A stretch of DNA of 64,000 bases from Marinilabiliaceae bacterium (lineage in GTDB: Bacteria > Bacteroidota > Bacteroidia > Bacteroidales > VadinHA17), in assembly GCA_036350795.1 (NCBI GenBank), contig JAZBNV010000100.1:4447-68446 (forward strand). Reading direction: 5' to 3'. The translations under genes were made by a program, and so were the position numbers. Of the stretch, positions 1 through 9,717 are shown piece by piece. The notes below the pieces were generated by a model. The model saw nothing but the letters and a program-made list of their open reading frames with translations. It searched no databases and was not told the DNA's origin. Position 1 is the first letter of the stretch. Every line of letters starts with the position of its first letter.

Positions 1-1
1 T

Positions 2-313
2 GACAGGGAATATTCAAACGTAAGGCAGTTTGTTTATGATTACCATATAAAGGGAATGGACGTTCTGGAGTCGAGAACTCCGGAGGCAAGGGCCGGAATA
101 GTAGAAGCACTCAGAACACTTCAGGAGGTATATCGCAGAAGGCCTGATCCTTTTATGTACTACCTGATGATTGTGCTGGAAGCAAAATCTGAAGAGATTA
201 TTAATATCTTTAGCGAGGCATTTCCGGAAGAGAGGAGCAGGGTTGTGGAGATTCTGACCGAAATAGACCCGGCAAACAAGTCAAAGTATGAAAAGATAAT
301 GCAAAACAGGTAA
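2..313 (+). CDS. C-terminal fragment of a conserved hypothetical protein, probably DUF4835 family; the 5' end lies outside the window
   Basis: Frame 2 is open from base 2 into tracked ORF 56..313 and stops 10 nt before recN. The family guess rests on remembered coaBC-DUF4835-recN synteny in Bacteroidota, not on a search. Confidence 0.45.
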   Translation, partial: DREYSNVRQFVYDYHIKGMDVLESRTPEARAGIVEALRTLQEVYRRRPDPFMYYLMIVLEAKSEEIINIFSEAFPEERSRVVEILTEIDPANKSKYEKIMQNR

Positions 314-322
314 GCCTGCCCT

Positions 323-1981
323 ATGCTGAAGAAACTTTACGTAAAGAACTACGCCCTGATAAAGGAGATGGAACTCGATTTTGATCGCGGCCTGACAATA
401 ATTACGGGTGAAACAGGAGCCGGCAAATCAATCCTGCTGGGCGCCCTGGGCCTGGTACTCGGACAGAGGGCCGATACCGGCGTACTTCTTGACAGAAAAA
501 GCAAATGCGTGGTTGAAGGTGTCTTCAGTATTGAAGGTGAAGCCTATATCGATTTCTTTGAGCAAAATGATCTTGACTTTTCCGCTATATGCCTGATGCG
601 AAGAGAGATATCAAATACCGGGCGCTCAAGAGCTTTTATCAATGATACTCCAGTTACCCTTGATCTTATGAAGGAGCTTGGGACATGGATGCTCGATATC
701 CATTCGCAGCACCAGACACTTATGCTGGGTAAGAAGCAGTTTCAACTGGCGGTTCTGGACTCATTCGCCGGGCATAATGGTCTTTTGTCTGCATATTCAG
801 GTGTTTACCATGAGTTCAGGAAGCTTGAGAATGAATACCTGGAGTTAAAACTAAGAATGGACAGGGATAAAGAAGAACTGGAGTATTATAATCACCAGTT
901 AATGAAACTTGATGAGGTGAAATTGCAGGCAGGAGAGGAAGCTGAAGCAGAGAAGGAAAGAAATCTTCTTCTGAATGCAAGTGAGGTAAGGGAAGCGCTT
1001 GCTGCTCTGAGCGCAATTATCTCTGGAGATGAGGATTCTGTTATTCTAAGGCTTAACGAGGTAAAGAAGAGAATAGAAAGGATTACTGAATTCCTTCCCG
1101 AAAGTTCTGAATATATAGAGCGTCTTCAGAGTTCGGTAATCGAGCTAAATGACCTTGCAAACGAGGTTGAAAGAAAACATGGATTAATAGAGTCTGATCC
1201 CGGCCGGCTGGAATACCTTAATTCCAGGCTGGATACGATATTTGGCCTGATGCAGCGGCACAGGGTGGAATCTGTATCAGATCTTATCAGTATAAGAGAG
1301 AGCCTGCGGCAGAAAGTGAATGAAATAATCCTGAGTGACGATAAGCTGGAAGCCATGGATGAGAGAATTCACGACCTGAAGAAACAACTTGCTGCCGGCG
1401 CCAGGGAAATTTCAGAAAACAGGAAAAGAGTCTCTGAAACCCTGGAATCAAGAATGGGCGAGCTCCTGAAGTCCCTGGGTATGCCAAATGGTCGGTTTGC
1501 GGTTTCAATAAAGACACTTAACGACTTCAGCTCAAGCGGTCTGGATTATGTTGATTTCCTGTTCAGCGCAAATAAACAGGTAGCTCCCGAAAACCTTAAC
1601 AGGGTTGCATCAGGCGGAGAACTGTCGAGGGTGATGCTTAGCCTGAAATCTTTACTTACAGATAACAGTAAGCTGCCAACAATATTTTTTGACGAAATTG
1701 ACTCAGGAGTGAGTGGTGAAGTTGCCACAAAGGTAGGAGAGATACTTGCAGCTATGGGGGCAAAAATGCAGGTAATAAATATTACTCACCTGCCGCAGGT
1801 GGCAGCCCATGGTAATATGCACTATCATGTCTATAAAGAAGAGTCAGGTGATTCAACCATTACCCATATTAAGTTGTTAGATAAGAAACAAAGGCTAAAC
1901 GAGATTGCAAGACTCCTGAGTGGAAATGAAATAACTGATGCCTCATTACAGAATGCAAGGGAGCTTATAAATGGTGCTTAG
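323..1981 (+). CDS. recN: DNA repair protein RecN
   Basis: 552 aa. Has N-terminal Walker A GETGAGKSILLGAL, a long central coiled coil, the SMC signature ASGGELSRVMLSLK and Walker B IFFDEIDSGVSG. Confidence 0.95.
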   Translation: MLKKLYVKNYALIKEMELDFDRGLTIITGETGAGKSILLGALGLVLGQRADTGVLLDRKSKCVVEGVFSIEGEAYIDFFEQNDLDFSAICLMRREISNTGRSRAFINDTPVTLDLMKELGTWMLDIHSQHQTLMLGKKQFQLAVLDSFAGHNGLLSAYSGVYHEFRKLENEYLELKLRMDRDKEELEYYNHQLMKLDEVKLQAGEEAEAEKERNLLLNASEVREALAALSAIISGDEDSVILRLNEVKKRIERITEFLPESSEYIERLQSSVIELNDLANEVERKHGLIESDPGRLEYLNSRLDTIFGLMQRHRVESVSDLISIRESLRQKVNEIILSDDKLEAMDERIHDLKKQLAAGAREISENRKRVSETLESRMGELLKSLGMPNGRFAVSIKTLNDFSSSGLDYVDFLFSANKQVAPENLNRVASGGELSRVMLSLKSLLTDNSKLPTIFFDEIDSGVSGEVATKVGEILAAMGAKMQVINITHLPQVAAHGNMHYHVYKEESGDSTITHIKLLDKKQRLNEIARLLSGNEITDASLQNARELINGA

Positions 1982-2021
1982 CCATCTGAAACTTAAATAC
2001 TGAAAATAAAAACAATCAATC

Positions 2022-2852
2022 ATGGTTAAAGATCTGTTAAAAGGTAAGAAGGGGATTATCTTTGGTGCCCTTAATGATAAATCCATTGCCTGGAAGGTAG
2101 CGGAGAAAGCTTTTGAGCAGGGGGCGGAGTTTACCCTCACAAATACAGCAATGGCCCTGAGAATGGGTACAATTGATGAGCTGGCCAAAAAAACAAAGAG
2201 CCTTGTTATTGCCGGCGACGCAACAAACCAGGATGATATTAAAATGATTTTTGAGAAATCGATGGAACATTTTGGTGCTAAGGTGGATTTTGTTCTTCAC
2301 TCAATAGGCATGTCTCCGAATGTAAGAAAGGGAATTCCATATACAGACATGAATTACCCCAACTTCAGCAAAACTCTCGAAATATCTGCCTTAAGTTTCC
2401 ACCGTATATTGCAGGTAGCCTACCATATGGATGCCATAAATGAGTGGGGATCTGTGGTAGCACTTACCTATGTTGCAGCACAACGTACCCTTGCAGGTTA
2501 TAACGATATGGGAGATGCCAAGGCCCTGCTCGAATCTATAGCCCGGAGTTTTGGTTATGTATACGGCAGAGATAAAAAGGTAAGAATAAATACTGTATCA
2601 CAGTCACCAACGCCAACTACGGCAGGCAGCGGGGTGAAAGGTATAGACACCCTCCTGGATTTCTCTGAAAGAATGTCACCACTGGGTAATGCAACAGCTG
2701 AAGAGGCAGGTAATTATGTATGCCTGCTTTTCTCCGATCTTACACGAAAAGTAACGATGCAGAACCTGTTTCATGACGGAGGCTTCTCAAGTATGGGTAT
2801 GAGTAACCAGGCAATAGAACAGTATAATAAAAGCTTCGAGCCCTGCGATTAG
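2022..2852 (+). CDS. fabI: Enoyl-[acyl-carrier-protein] reductase (NADH), FabI type
   Basis: 276-aa SDR. The N-terminal GKKGIIFGALNDKSIAWKVAEK loop is typical of FabI, and length and layout match. Confidence 0.85.
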   Translation: MVKDLLKGKKGIIFGALNDKSIAWKVAEKAFEQGAEFTLTNTAMALRMGTIDELAKKTKSLVIAGDATNQDDIKMIFEKSMEHFGAKVDFVLHSIGMSPNVRKGIPYTDMNYPNFSKTLEISALSFHRILQVAYHMDAINEWGSVVALTYVAAQRTLAGYNDMGDAKALLESIARSFGYVYGRDKKVRINTVSQSPTPTTAGSGVKGIDTLLDFSERMSPLGNATAEEAGNYVCLLFSDLTRKVTMQNLFHDGGFSSMGMSNQAIEQYNKSFEPCD

Positions 2853-2927
2853 GACAAGGTACTTCTGCTTACAGGTTTAAGCGCAGTGGTACCTCTGACT
2901 TTATAAGTATAAATACTTATTTTTCAG

Positions 2928-2959
2928 CGACTTTCCTTCCGTGAAAGTCGTTTTGTTTT
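2928..2959 (+). terminator. Rho-independent terminator downstream of fabI
   Basis: 8-bp stem cgactttc/gaaagtcg with a 7-nt loop, followed by ttttgtttt. Confidence 0.6.
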
Positions 2960-2966
2960 ATATTTG
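2959..2966 (+). promoter_or_regulatory. Candidate Bacteroidota -7 promoter box (TATATTTG) for the DUF819 gene
   Basis: Exact match to TAnnTTTG, 24 nt upstream of the ATG at 2990. No well-spaced -33 TTTG was seen. Confidence 0.3.
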
Positions 2967-2989
2967 GTTAGTTAACCAATCACTCAGCT

Positions 2990-4258
2990 ATGGTAAAGAT
3001 TGTAATTCTTATCCTGTTTTATTTATTCTTCCCGCTGGTTATAATATGGCTTTGTAAAAAGTGGAGTCTTTTTGCCCGGCTTGGTTCTATAGTTATTGCC
3101 TATGCTTTTGGATTGATACTTGGTAATACAGGTATACTTTCACTGGGAAGCAGCGACTATTTAATATTGAAAGAAGGAAGGAATTATATTCCCTCTGCCG
3201 AGATTGAGCTCTTGTATGAACAGGGTAAAATAAGCGATGATGATCTTTTTTCGAATCGCATTGCCACTACCCAGGACCTTATTACAACAATAGTAATACC
3301 ACTTGCACTGCCCCTGCTATTGTTTTCGTTAAATATACGCAGATGGCTTAAATATGCCGGAGTGGGATTCTTATCTATGACACTCGCCCTTATTTCTGTG
3401 GTGATAATTGTTTTTGCATCATATTTTATTTTCAGGGATAAGATTCCTGATAGCGGCAAGGTGGCCGGTATGCTTATAGGTATATATACCGGAGGCACTC
3501 CCAATGTGGCTGCAATTAAAACAGCACTGGGGGTCGATAGTAACCTTTTTATTATGACCCATACAAGCGACCTTGTTATAGGTGCAATAACAATTATCTT
3601 CTTTATTACACTCGGGCCGAAAGTATTTTCATTGTTCCTTCCAAAGTTCAGGTTTAAGGTGAACGGTGGAAGTAACGATGCACTTATTGAGGAAGCAAAA
3701 AGTATGGAAGACTACAGCCTGATACTGAAGGGCGAAAGACCACTTCTGAATATTCTTGCTTCTGTGGGTCTTACTATCCTGATATTTGGAATATCCGGAG
3801 GAGTAGCCATGCTTTTCCCATCATCATTCCTGATGATGATAGTTATCCTGGGCATTACAACCCTGGGAATTGGTGCTTCTCTTATACCGCGTGTAAACAG
3901 GCTTAAAGGCACATTCCAGATGGGCATGTACCTTATCTTAATATTTTCTCTTGTAGTAGCTTCAATGGCTGATCTTACAAAGATGCTGAGTGCTGAATAC
4001 CTGAATGTTACAATGATGGTAGCTTTTGTTGTATTCGGCAGTCTGATATTGCATCTTATACTTGCGGCTATTTTCAAGGTGAATGTGGATGATTTCCTTA
4101 TTACCACAACTGCACTGGTTTACTCACCTCCCTTTGTTCCTGTGGTAGCCGGTGCCCTTAAGAACAAGGAGATAATAATAACGGGCTTAACCGTTGGTAT
4201 TATTGGTTATGCAATCGGTAATTATATCGGCATCTTTATCGGGCAGATACTGGGGTAG
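2990..4258 (+). CDS. DUF819 (YjcL-like) polytopic membrane protein
   Basis: 422 aa with more than 10 hydrophobic segments. The motifs VIPLALPLLLF and GIYTGGTPNVAAIK resemble the YjcL/DUF819 family. Confidence 0.65.
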   Translation: MVKIVILILFYLFFPLVIIWLCKKWSLFARLGSIVIAYAFGLILGNTGILSLGSSDYLILKEGRNYIPSAEIELLYEQGKISDDDLFSNRIATTQDLITTIVIPLALPLLLFSLNIRRWLKYAGVGFLSMTLALISVVIIVFASYFIFRDKIPDSGKVAGMLIGIYTGGTPNVAAIKTALGVDSNLFIMTHTSDLVIGAITIIFFITLGPKVFSLFLPKFRFKVNGGSNDALIEEAKSMEDYSLILKGERPLLNILASVGLTILIFGISGGVAMLFPSSFLMMIVILGITTLGIGASLIPRVNRLKGTFQMGMYLILIFSLVVASMADLTKMLSAEYLNVTMMVAFVVFGSLILHLILAAIFKVNVDDFLITTTALVYSPPFVPVVAGALKNKEIIITGLTVGIIGYAIGNYIGIFIGQILG

Positions 4259-4304
4259 GGGAGCCCGTAGATATGGTGTCACTTGTTTTGCATCTGCCAG
4301 TATT

Positions 4305-5636
4305 CTAGAATAAATAATTCAGCCCGATATAAAATCCTGAATTACCGTCCTGTTCATTAAAGGCTTTTCCGAAGTCGGCAGAAATAATAAAGTTTTCGTT
4401 CATTACTATCCTCAGCCCGGCTCCTGCACTAATATGCATCGATTCATTATCGCTCATAAAGTAGTCTGATTCTGAATAGTCTGCATCCAGATCGGCCAGA
4501 TCAAGTACCGGGTCATCCAGCTCAACCTTGCTCGTAACCATTCCGAAATCACTGAATGCAACAAAACCTATATAGAAGTTCTGATTTATAAGGTTAAACC
4601 TGAAAGCTTTCCACCTGAATTCAGCGTTTCCATATAAAAGCCCGTCGCCGATAATCCTGTTACGTTGCACACCACGTACGTTTTTACTTCCGCCTAGTCC
4701 TTCCGAAGTAGTACCTGCAAGCACTGATGTAATTATCTGGTTCTGGTAGTAGAATGGAACTTTACCGCTTATAGTGCTTTGATAGCCAAGACGATACGCA
4801 AATGACAGGTCTTCAGGTACAATAGTGAAGTACTGGCGCCAGATAGCATAGAACTTGGAGAAACCTGCCTCACTCAGGAATGATGGTGATGCTTCAATAC
4901 CAGTCTCAAACCAGATACCTTTCATAGCATTAGCTTTAAAATCGCGGCTATCATATGAGAGTCCTGCCTTAAGGGTAGTGATAAAGCCTCCATCAGCCTC
5001 ATCATCGCTTAGCAGGCCCCACCTGTAGTACTTGTCGTAAAGTCCTTCTTCGTCTTCAGGAAGCAAATTTTCGTCTTTGCCCTTATTAAGCCTTTCAACA
5101 TCAACACTTCCAATACTGAAGTTCTTTAACTCCAGGCCGGCATTCCACTGGAAATTACCACCGCCAAGCCTGCCTTTCAGATCATTTTTAAATCTGAACA
5201 GTTTCCTGTCGGTCTTATAGAACATGCGGGTCTTATAATCTGCTTCGTTTTCATCATCAGTCCACGCACTGTTATAAACTGCATCGTAGCCGTTAAAACC
5301 ATAGAAATCAAAGGCCATATCAGTTAAATAGGCAAGGTCGGATGTAATCGAGATTCCCGGGATAAGTGTTTCGGAATCGTACATTATACGGTATGTACTG
5401 CTGCCTTTGGTGTACCTTGATACCTCAAAATAAAACATCTGATCATATGAAGGGTATTTTGTCCCGTCTCCGTAATCAAAGAGGTTTACAACAACACCGT
5501 ACTGAAAGCCCAGGTCTGTACTGTAGGTTATTGCTGGTAATGCACCGAAGTTCCACCCGGTCTTTACATTGTCTTCCTGGGAAAAAGCTGATGTAAAAAT
5601 CAGAGCAGCAAAAAGGAGAGTGAGGATTTTTTTCAT
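4305..5636 (-). CDS. Outer-membrane beta-barrel protein, Omp85/surface-antigen D15-like, no POTRA region evident
   Basis: Signal peptide MKKILTLLFAALIFTSAFSQ, alternating aromatic/Gly beta-strand pattern, and a C-terminal ...GLNYLF ending in Phe. Confidence 0.6.
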   Translation of the reverse strand: MKKILTLLFAALIFTSAFSQEDNVKTGWNFGALPAITYSTDLGFQYGVVVNLFDYGDGTKYPSYDQMFYFEVSRYTKGSSTYRIMYDSETLIPGISITSDLAYLTDMAFDFYGFNGYDAVYNSAWTDDENEADYKTRMFYKTDRKLFRFKNDLKGRLGGGNFQWNAGLELKNFSIGSVDVERLNKGKDENLLPEDEEGLYDKYYRWGLLSDDEADGGFITTLKAGLSYDSRDFKANAMKGIWFETGIEASPSFLSEAGFSKFYAIWRQYFTIVPEDLSFAYRLGYQSTISGKVPFYYQNQIITSVLAGTTSEGLGGSKNVRGVQRNRIIGDGLLYGNAEFRWKAFRFNLINQNFYIGFVAFSDFGMVTSKVELDDPVLDLADLDADYSESDYFMSDNESMHISAGAGLRIVMNENFIISADFGKAFNEQDGNSGFYIGLNYLF

Positions 5637-5718
5637 TTTTTGCGATTCGAAGGTTAGTATTGACCAAAAATAAGAAAAAATAATTACTACCTTAGATATT
5701 CTTTAATTTGTAGTGACA

Positions 5719-6966
5719 ATGGAGTTGTTGATTGTTAATATTAAGGGACTTATACAGGTTGAGAATAAGCCTGTTTTAAAGGTTGAAGGTGCAAAAATGG
5801 CAGATCTTAATGTTCTGCAGGATGCATGGATCCTTATCAAAGACGGCTTTATAGATTCCTTTGGCGAAATGAGTACAATTCCTGACCTGCCCGCTGTGCA
5901 CAAAATTGATGCAAAGGGGAAATTTGTTCTGCCATCATTCTGCGATTCTCACACTCACCTTGTCTATTCCGGCAGCAGGGAGATGGAATATATCGACAAG
6001 ATCAGGGGACTGTCGTACGAGGAAATTGCCAGGAGGGGAGGAGGAATCCTTAATTCAGCAAAATTATTGCAGGAGACTTCTGAAGAATCCCTGTACGAAC
6101 AGTCAATGGTAAGGGTTAAGGAGATAATCCGAATGGGCACCGGTGCAGTTGAGATAAAGAGTGGATACGGACTAAACACAGAGGCTGAACTGAAGATGCT
6201 CAGGGTTATAAGAAGGATCCGGGAATCTTCACCCATTGAGGTTAAATCAACCTTCCTGGGCGCACATTCTGTTCCGGCTGAGTTCCGTAACCACCAGTCT
6301 AAGTACGTAGACCTGGTAATAAATGAGATGATTCCTGCCGTAGCCGCTGAAGATCTTGCCGATTATATAGATGTTTTCTGTGACAGGGGCTTCTTTACTC
6401 CCGACGAGACAGAAAGGATATTGATGGCCGGGATAAAGTATGGGATGATACCTAAGATACATGCCAATGAGCTTGATTATTCAGGCGGTATCCAGGTTGG
6501 GGTAAAGTATGACGCTCTTTCGGTTGATCATCTTGAATATACCGGCGACAGCGAGATAGAAGCTCTGAAAGGCAGTAATACCATGCCTACCCTGCTGCCC
6601 GGTGCTGCACTATTTCTGGGTATGATAGATCCTCCTGTACGAAAAATGATAGATGCAGGATTAGCGGTAGCACTGGCATCTGATTATAACCCGGGTTCCT
6701 CACCATCAGGAAATATGAAGCTAATTATGTCGCTGGGAATAATAAAACTACGGATGCTGCCCGGGGAAGTAATTAATGCTACAACTATAAACGGAGCATA
6801 TGCCATGGGTATCTCAGACACACATGGATCTATTGCAAAGGGCAAAGTGGCCAATTTATATATTACAAAGGAAATTCCTTCGTATGAATTTCTTCCATAC
6901 GCATATGGGAGCGACTTAATAGATACGGTGATATTGAATGGGAAGGTTATGGAAATTAACTATTAA
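5719..6966 (+). CDS. hutI: Imidazolonepropionase
   Basis: Amidohydrolase metal motif FCDSHTHLVYSGSR, then ...HANEL... and ...ASDYNPGSS. The ATG is at 5719; the tracked ORF begins at GTG 5713. Confidence 0.9.
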   Translation: MELLIVNIKGLIQVENKPVLKVEGAKMADLNVLQDAWILIKDGFIDSFGEMSTIPDLPAVHKIDAKGKFVLPSFCDSHTHLVYSGSREMEYIDKIRGLSYEEIARRGGGILNSAKLLQETSEESLYEQSMVRVKEIIRMGTGAVEIKSGYGLNTEAELKMLRVIRRIRESSPIEVKSTFLGAHSVPAEFRNHQSKYVDLVINEMIPAVAAEDLADYIDVFCDRGFFTPDETERILMAGIKYGMIPKIHANELDYSGGIQVGVKYDALSVDHLEYTGDSEIEALKGSNTMPTLLPGAALFLGMIDPPVRKMIDAGLAVALASDYNPGSSPSGNMKLIMSLGIIKLRMLPGEVINATTINGAYAMGISDTHGSIAKGKVANLYITKEIPSYEFLPYAYGSDLIDTVILNGKVMEINY

Positions 6967-6988
6967 ACGACTCAATAAATTAATTATA

Positions 6989-8671
6989 ATGAACAGAATA
7001 GTCGAATGTGTACCCAACTTCAGCGAAGGGAGAGACATGGGTCTTATTAAACAGATTACAGATGCAATTGAGGCTGTTGAAGGGGTGATGCTGCTTGATG
7101 TGGATCCCGGAAAAGCTACCAACAGGACAGTTGTTACCATGGCAGGTGAACCCGAACAGGTAATTGAGGCCGCTTTCGCCGCTATAAAGAAAGCTTCTGA
7201 ACTAATTGATATGTCGAAGCACCATGGTGAGCATCCGCGCATGGGAGCTACCGATGTTTGCCCGCTGGTACCTGTATCAGGGATAAGCATGGAAGAAACC
7301 GTGGAATATGCCCGTCGTCTGGCACGAAGGGTGGGCGACGAACTTGGAATTCCGGTATTCTGCTATGAGAATGCTGCTTTTGAAGAAAAGCGCCGGAACC
7401 TTGCAAATTGCAGGTCAGGTGAATACGAAGGTTTAAAGAGTAAATTTGAAAATCCTGAATGGAAACCCGATTTCGGTCCGGCCTCTTTCAATGCAAGGTC
7501 GGGAGCAACAGCTATTGGAGCAAGGGATTTTCTTGTGGCATACAATGTTAACCTTAATACAAGCTCAACCCGCAGGGCCAATGCCATAGCCTTCGATGTA
7601 AGGGAAAGGGGAAGAGTAAAAAGGGAAGGAAATGCACTTACCGGGAAAATAGTAAAAGATGAAAAGGGTGAGCCTGTAATGATACCCGGATCACTTAAGG
7701 AGCTTAAAGCCATTGGCTGGTATATAGAGGAATATGGTGTTGCCCAGATCTCTATGAACCTGACAAATATATCTGTTACTCCTGTCCATATTGCCTTTGA
7801 CGAAGTTTGCAATAAAGCACAGGAAAGGGGAGTTAGGGTTACAGGTTCCGAACTTGTGGGCCTGATACCGCTTAAAGCAATACTTGATGCGGGGCGGCAT
7901 TACCTGCTGAAGCAAAAAAGATCTGTCGGGGTATCTGATAAAGAACTTATTAAGATAGCGGTGAAATCGATGGGCCTTGATGAAATAACTCCCTTTAAGC
8001 CCGAGGAAAAGATAATAGAGTATGTACTCGCCCGTAATAAGGGTAAACAACTGGTTGATCTTGATCTCAGGGCTTTTATGGAAGAAACAGCATCTGAGTC
8101 ACCTGCACCCGGCGGCGGATCGGTATCAGCATATATGGGTTCCCTGGGCGTTGCACTGGGATCAATGGTCGCTAATCTCTCATCACATAAGCGTGGCTGG
8201 GATGAGAGATGGGAGGAGTTTTCTGACTGGGCAGGGAAAGGCAAGGCTATTCAGGAGGAGCTGCTTTACCTGGTTGATGAGGACACCAGGTCTTTTACCA
8301 GGATAATGGACGCATTCTCACTGCCAAAGTCGACAGATAAAGAAATAAAAGCAAGGAAGGACGAAATAGAGGAGGCAACAAAATATGCAACAAGGATTCC
8401 TTTTAAGGTTATGGAGACAGCGTTCAGAGGATTTGAACTGATAAGGTACATGGTAGAACAGGGTAATCCAAACTCGGTAACTGATGCCGCTGTAGGAGCA
8501 CTGGCCCTTAGGTCGTGCATAAAAGGGGCCTACCTGAATGTAAAAATAAATGCTTCAGGTTTGGATGATAAGCTTTTTGCAGAGGATATTATTGGCAAAG
8601 GCAGTAAAATCGAGGCTGCCGCAGAAAAAGAAGAAAAAGAAATTTTACTCCTGGCAGAAGGCAGGATTTAA
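6989..8671 (+). CDS. ftcD: Bifunctional glutamate formimidoyltransferase / formimidoyl-THF cyclodeaminase (fused)
   Basis: N-terminal VECVPNFSEGRD transferase signature plus a C-terminal cyclodeaminase-type domain of about 200 aa (SPAPGGGSVSAYMGSLGVALGSMV). Start taken at MNRIVEC (6989), not the overlapping 6938. Confidence 0.85.
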   Translation: MNRIVECVPNFSEGRDMGLIKQITDAIEAVEGVMLLDVDPGKATNRTVVTMAGEPEQVIEAAFAAIKKASELIDMSKHHGEHPRMGATDVCPLVPVSGISMEETVEYARRLARRVGDELGIPVFCYENAAFEEKRRNLANCRSGEYEGLKSKFENPEWKPDFGPASFNARSGATAIGARDFLVAYNVNLNTSSTRRANAIAFDVRERGRVKREGNALTGKIVKDEKGEPVMIPGSLKELKAIGWYIEEYGVAQISMNLTNISVTPVHIAFDEVCNKAQERGVRVTGSELVGLIPLKAILDAGRHYLLKQKRSVGVSDKELIKIAVKSMGLDEITPFKPEEKIIEYVLARNKGKQLVDLDLRAFMEETASESPAPGGGSVSAYMGSLGVALGSMVANLSSHKRGWDERWEEFSDWAGKGKAIQEELLYLVDEDTRSFTRIMDAFSLPKSTDKEIKARKDEIEEATKYATRIPFKVMETAFRGFELIRYMVEQGNPNSVTDAAVGALALRSCIKGAYLNVKINASGLDDKLFAEDIIGKGSKIEAAAEKEEKEILLLAEGRI

Positions 8672-8803
8672 TTATCCCCTCCTGTGAAAACGATTTTTAT
8701 TAAGCCGATTTTTTCTTTTGTAGTTAAGCACCCGCAGCACCAGGTAAATAGTTCCCAGTACAGCAATAATTAGCAGAACAGGCAGCAATTCCTTAAACAT
8801 AGC

Positions 8804-9556
8804 TCAGATTCTTTTAATTATCCTTAACTGGTGACTGTACCTCTCCTGGTCGGTCTTAAAAATACCCTGGTGATCGACCCTGTCAATCCTGACACCGCCC
8901 GAAGCATGTATCACATGATTATTATCAACAAGTATTGCTACATGGATTATATCTCCTGCCGCATTGTCGAAAAAGAGAAGATCGCCCGGCAGGGCATCGC
9001 TTAGCAGGTTGATTACCGTACCAATACAGGCCTGGGTATTACTGTTTCTGGGTATATTCCTACCATGTATCTTGTAGCAAAGCTGAGAAAGCCCTGAACA
9101 ATCTATCCCGTGTGGGGTTCTGCCTCCCCACAGGTAGGGAGCGTTCATAAAGCGCCTGGCAGTATCAACAATACTTTCTCCGGCACCGGAGAAAGTAAGC
9201 TTTTGCTTTATAGTGTATTCGTCTGGACCTATTCTGAAGCTAAGCTTATTTTCGTCGTACTCATATATTGCTGATCCGGGATAAATCACAAGCTTTTCAC
9301 CCAGGCTGGAAATAGCTTCAAATTCTGTGTCAGTTATTACAGGTGATGAGGAATGCGTAAATTCCTTCAACAGAAAATGATCTGTATCTATCCATCCTTC
9401 AAAATTATCAAAGTTCAGTTTTATCTTGAGCCATTCTCCGGCTGTGTCAATTATATAAAATACTTCGCCCAGCAAAATCTGCGACCCCATCTCAGCTTTA
9501 TGCGACGGACCCAGGCGCAAGGGAACAACAGGATAGGTGTTAATAAATTTGCCCAT
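8804..9556 (-). CDS. NlpC/P60 (C40) peptidoglycan hydrolase with N-terminal SH3-like domains
   Basis: YLWGGRTPHGIDCSGLSQLCY provides the catalytic Cys and GDIIHVAIL the His. The N-terminal half is SH3b-like. Confidence 0.85.
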   Translation of the reverse strand: MGKFINTYPVVPLRLGPSHKAEMGSQILLGEVFYIIDTAGEWLKIKLNFDNFEGWIDTDHFLLKEFTHSSSPVITDTEFEAISSLGEKLVIYPGSAIYEYDENKLSFRIGPDEYTIKQKLTFSGAGESIVDTARRFMNAPYLWGGRTPHGIDCSGLSQLCYKIHGRNIPRNSNTQACIGTVINLLSDALPGDLLFFDNAAGDIIHVAILVDNNHVIHASGGVRIDRVDHQGIFKTDQERYSHQLRIIKRI

Positions 9557-9717
9557 AATTAAGATTTAGAACTTTAGAATATGCGTAAATATAATTATTT
9601 CATCTAAAGAACCCGATTTTGATTGCTAAATACCATGCTTATATTTTTTTTTACCTTTACATCCATTAAATCCCGTTTTGAAGGATACTTAAGGTAATAA
9701 AACTTAATAATTACAAT

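Noticed and set aside
6938-6988. Upstream start extensions in the ORF track (6938 ftcD; 5713 GTG hutI; 52970 TTG HEXXH protein; 59282 propeller; 31009 DUF62; 18632 DUF456; 42580 TPR)
   Set aside because: In each case an internal ATG restores an N-terminal signal peptide or a canonical family N-terminus, removes an overlap with a neighbouring gene or terminator, or both.
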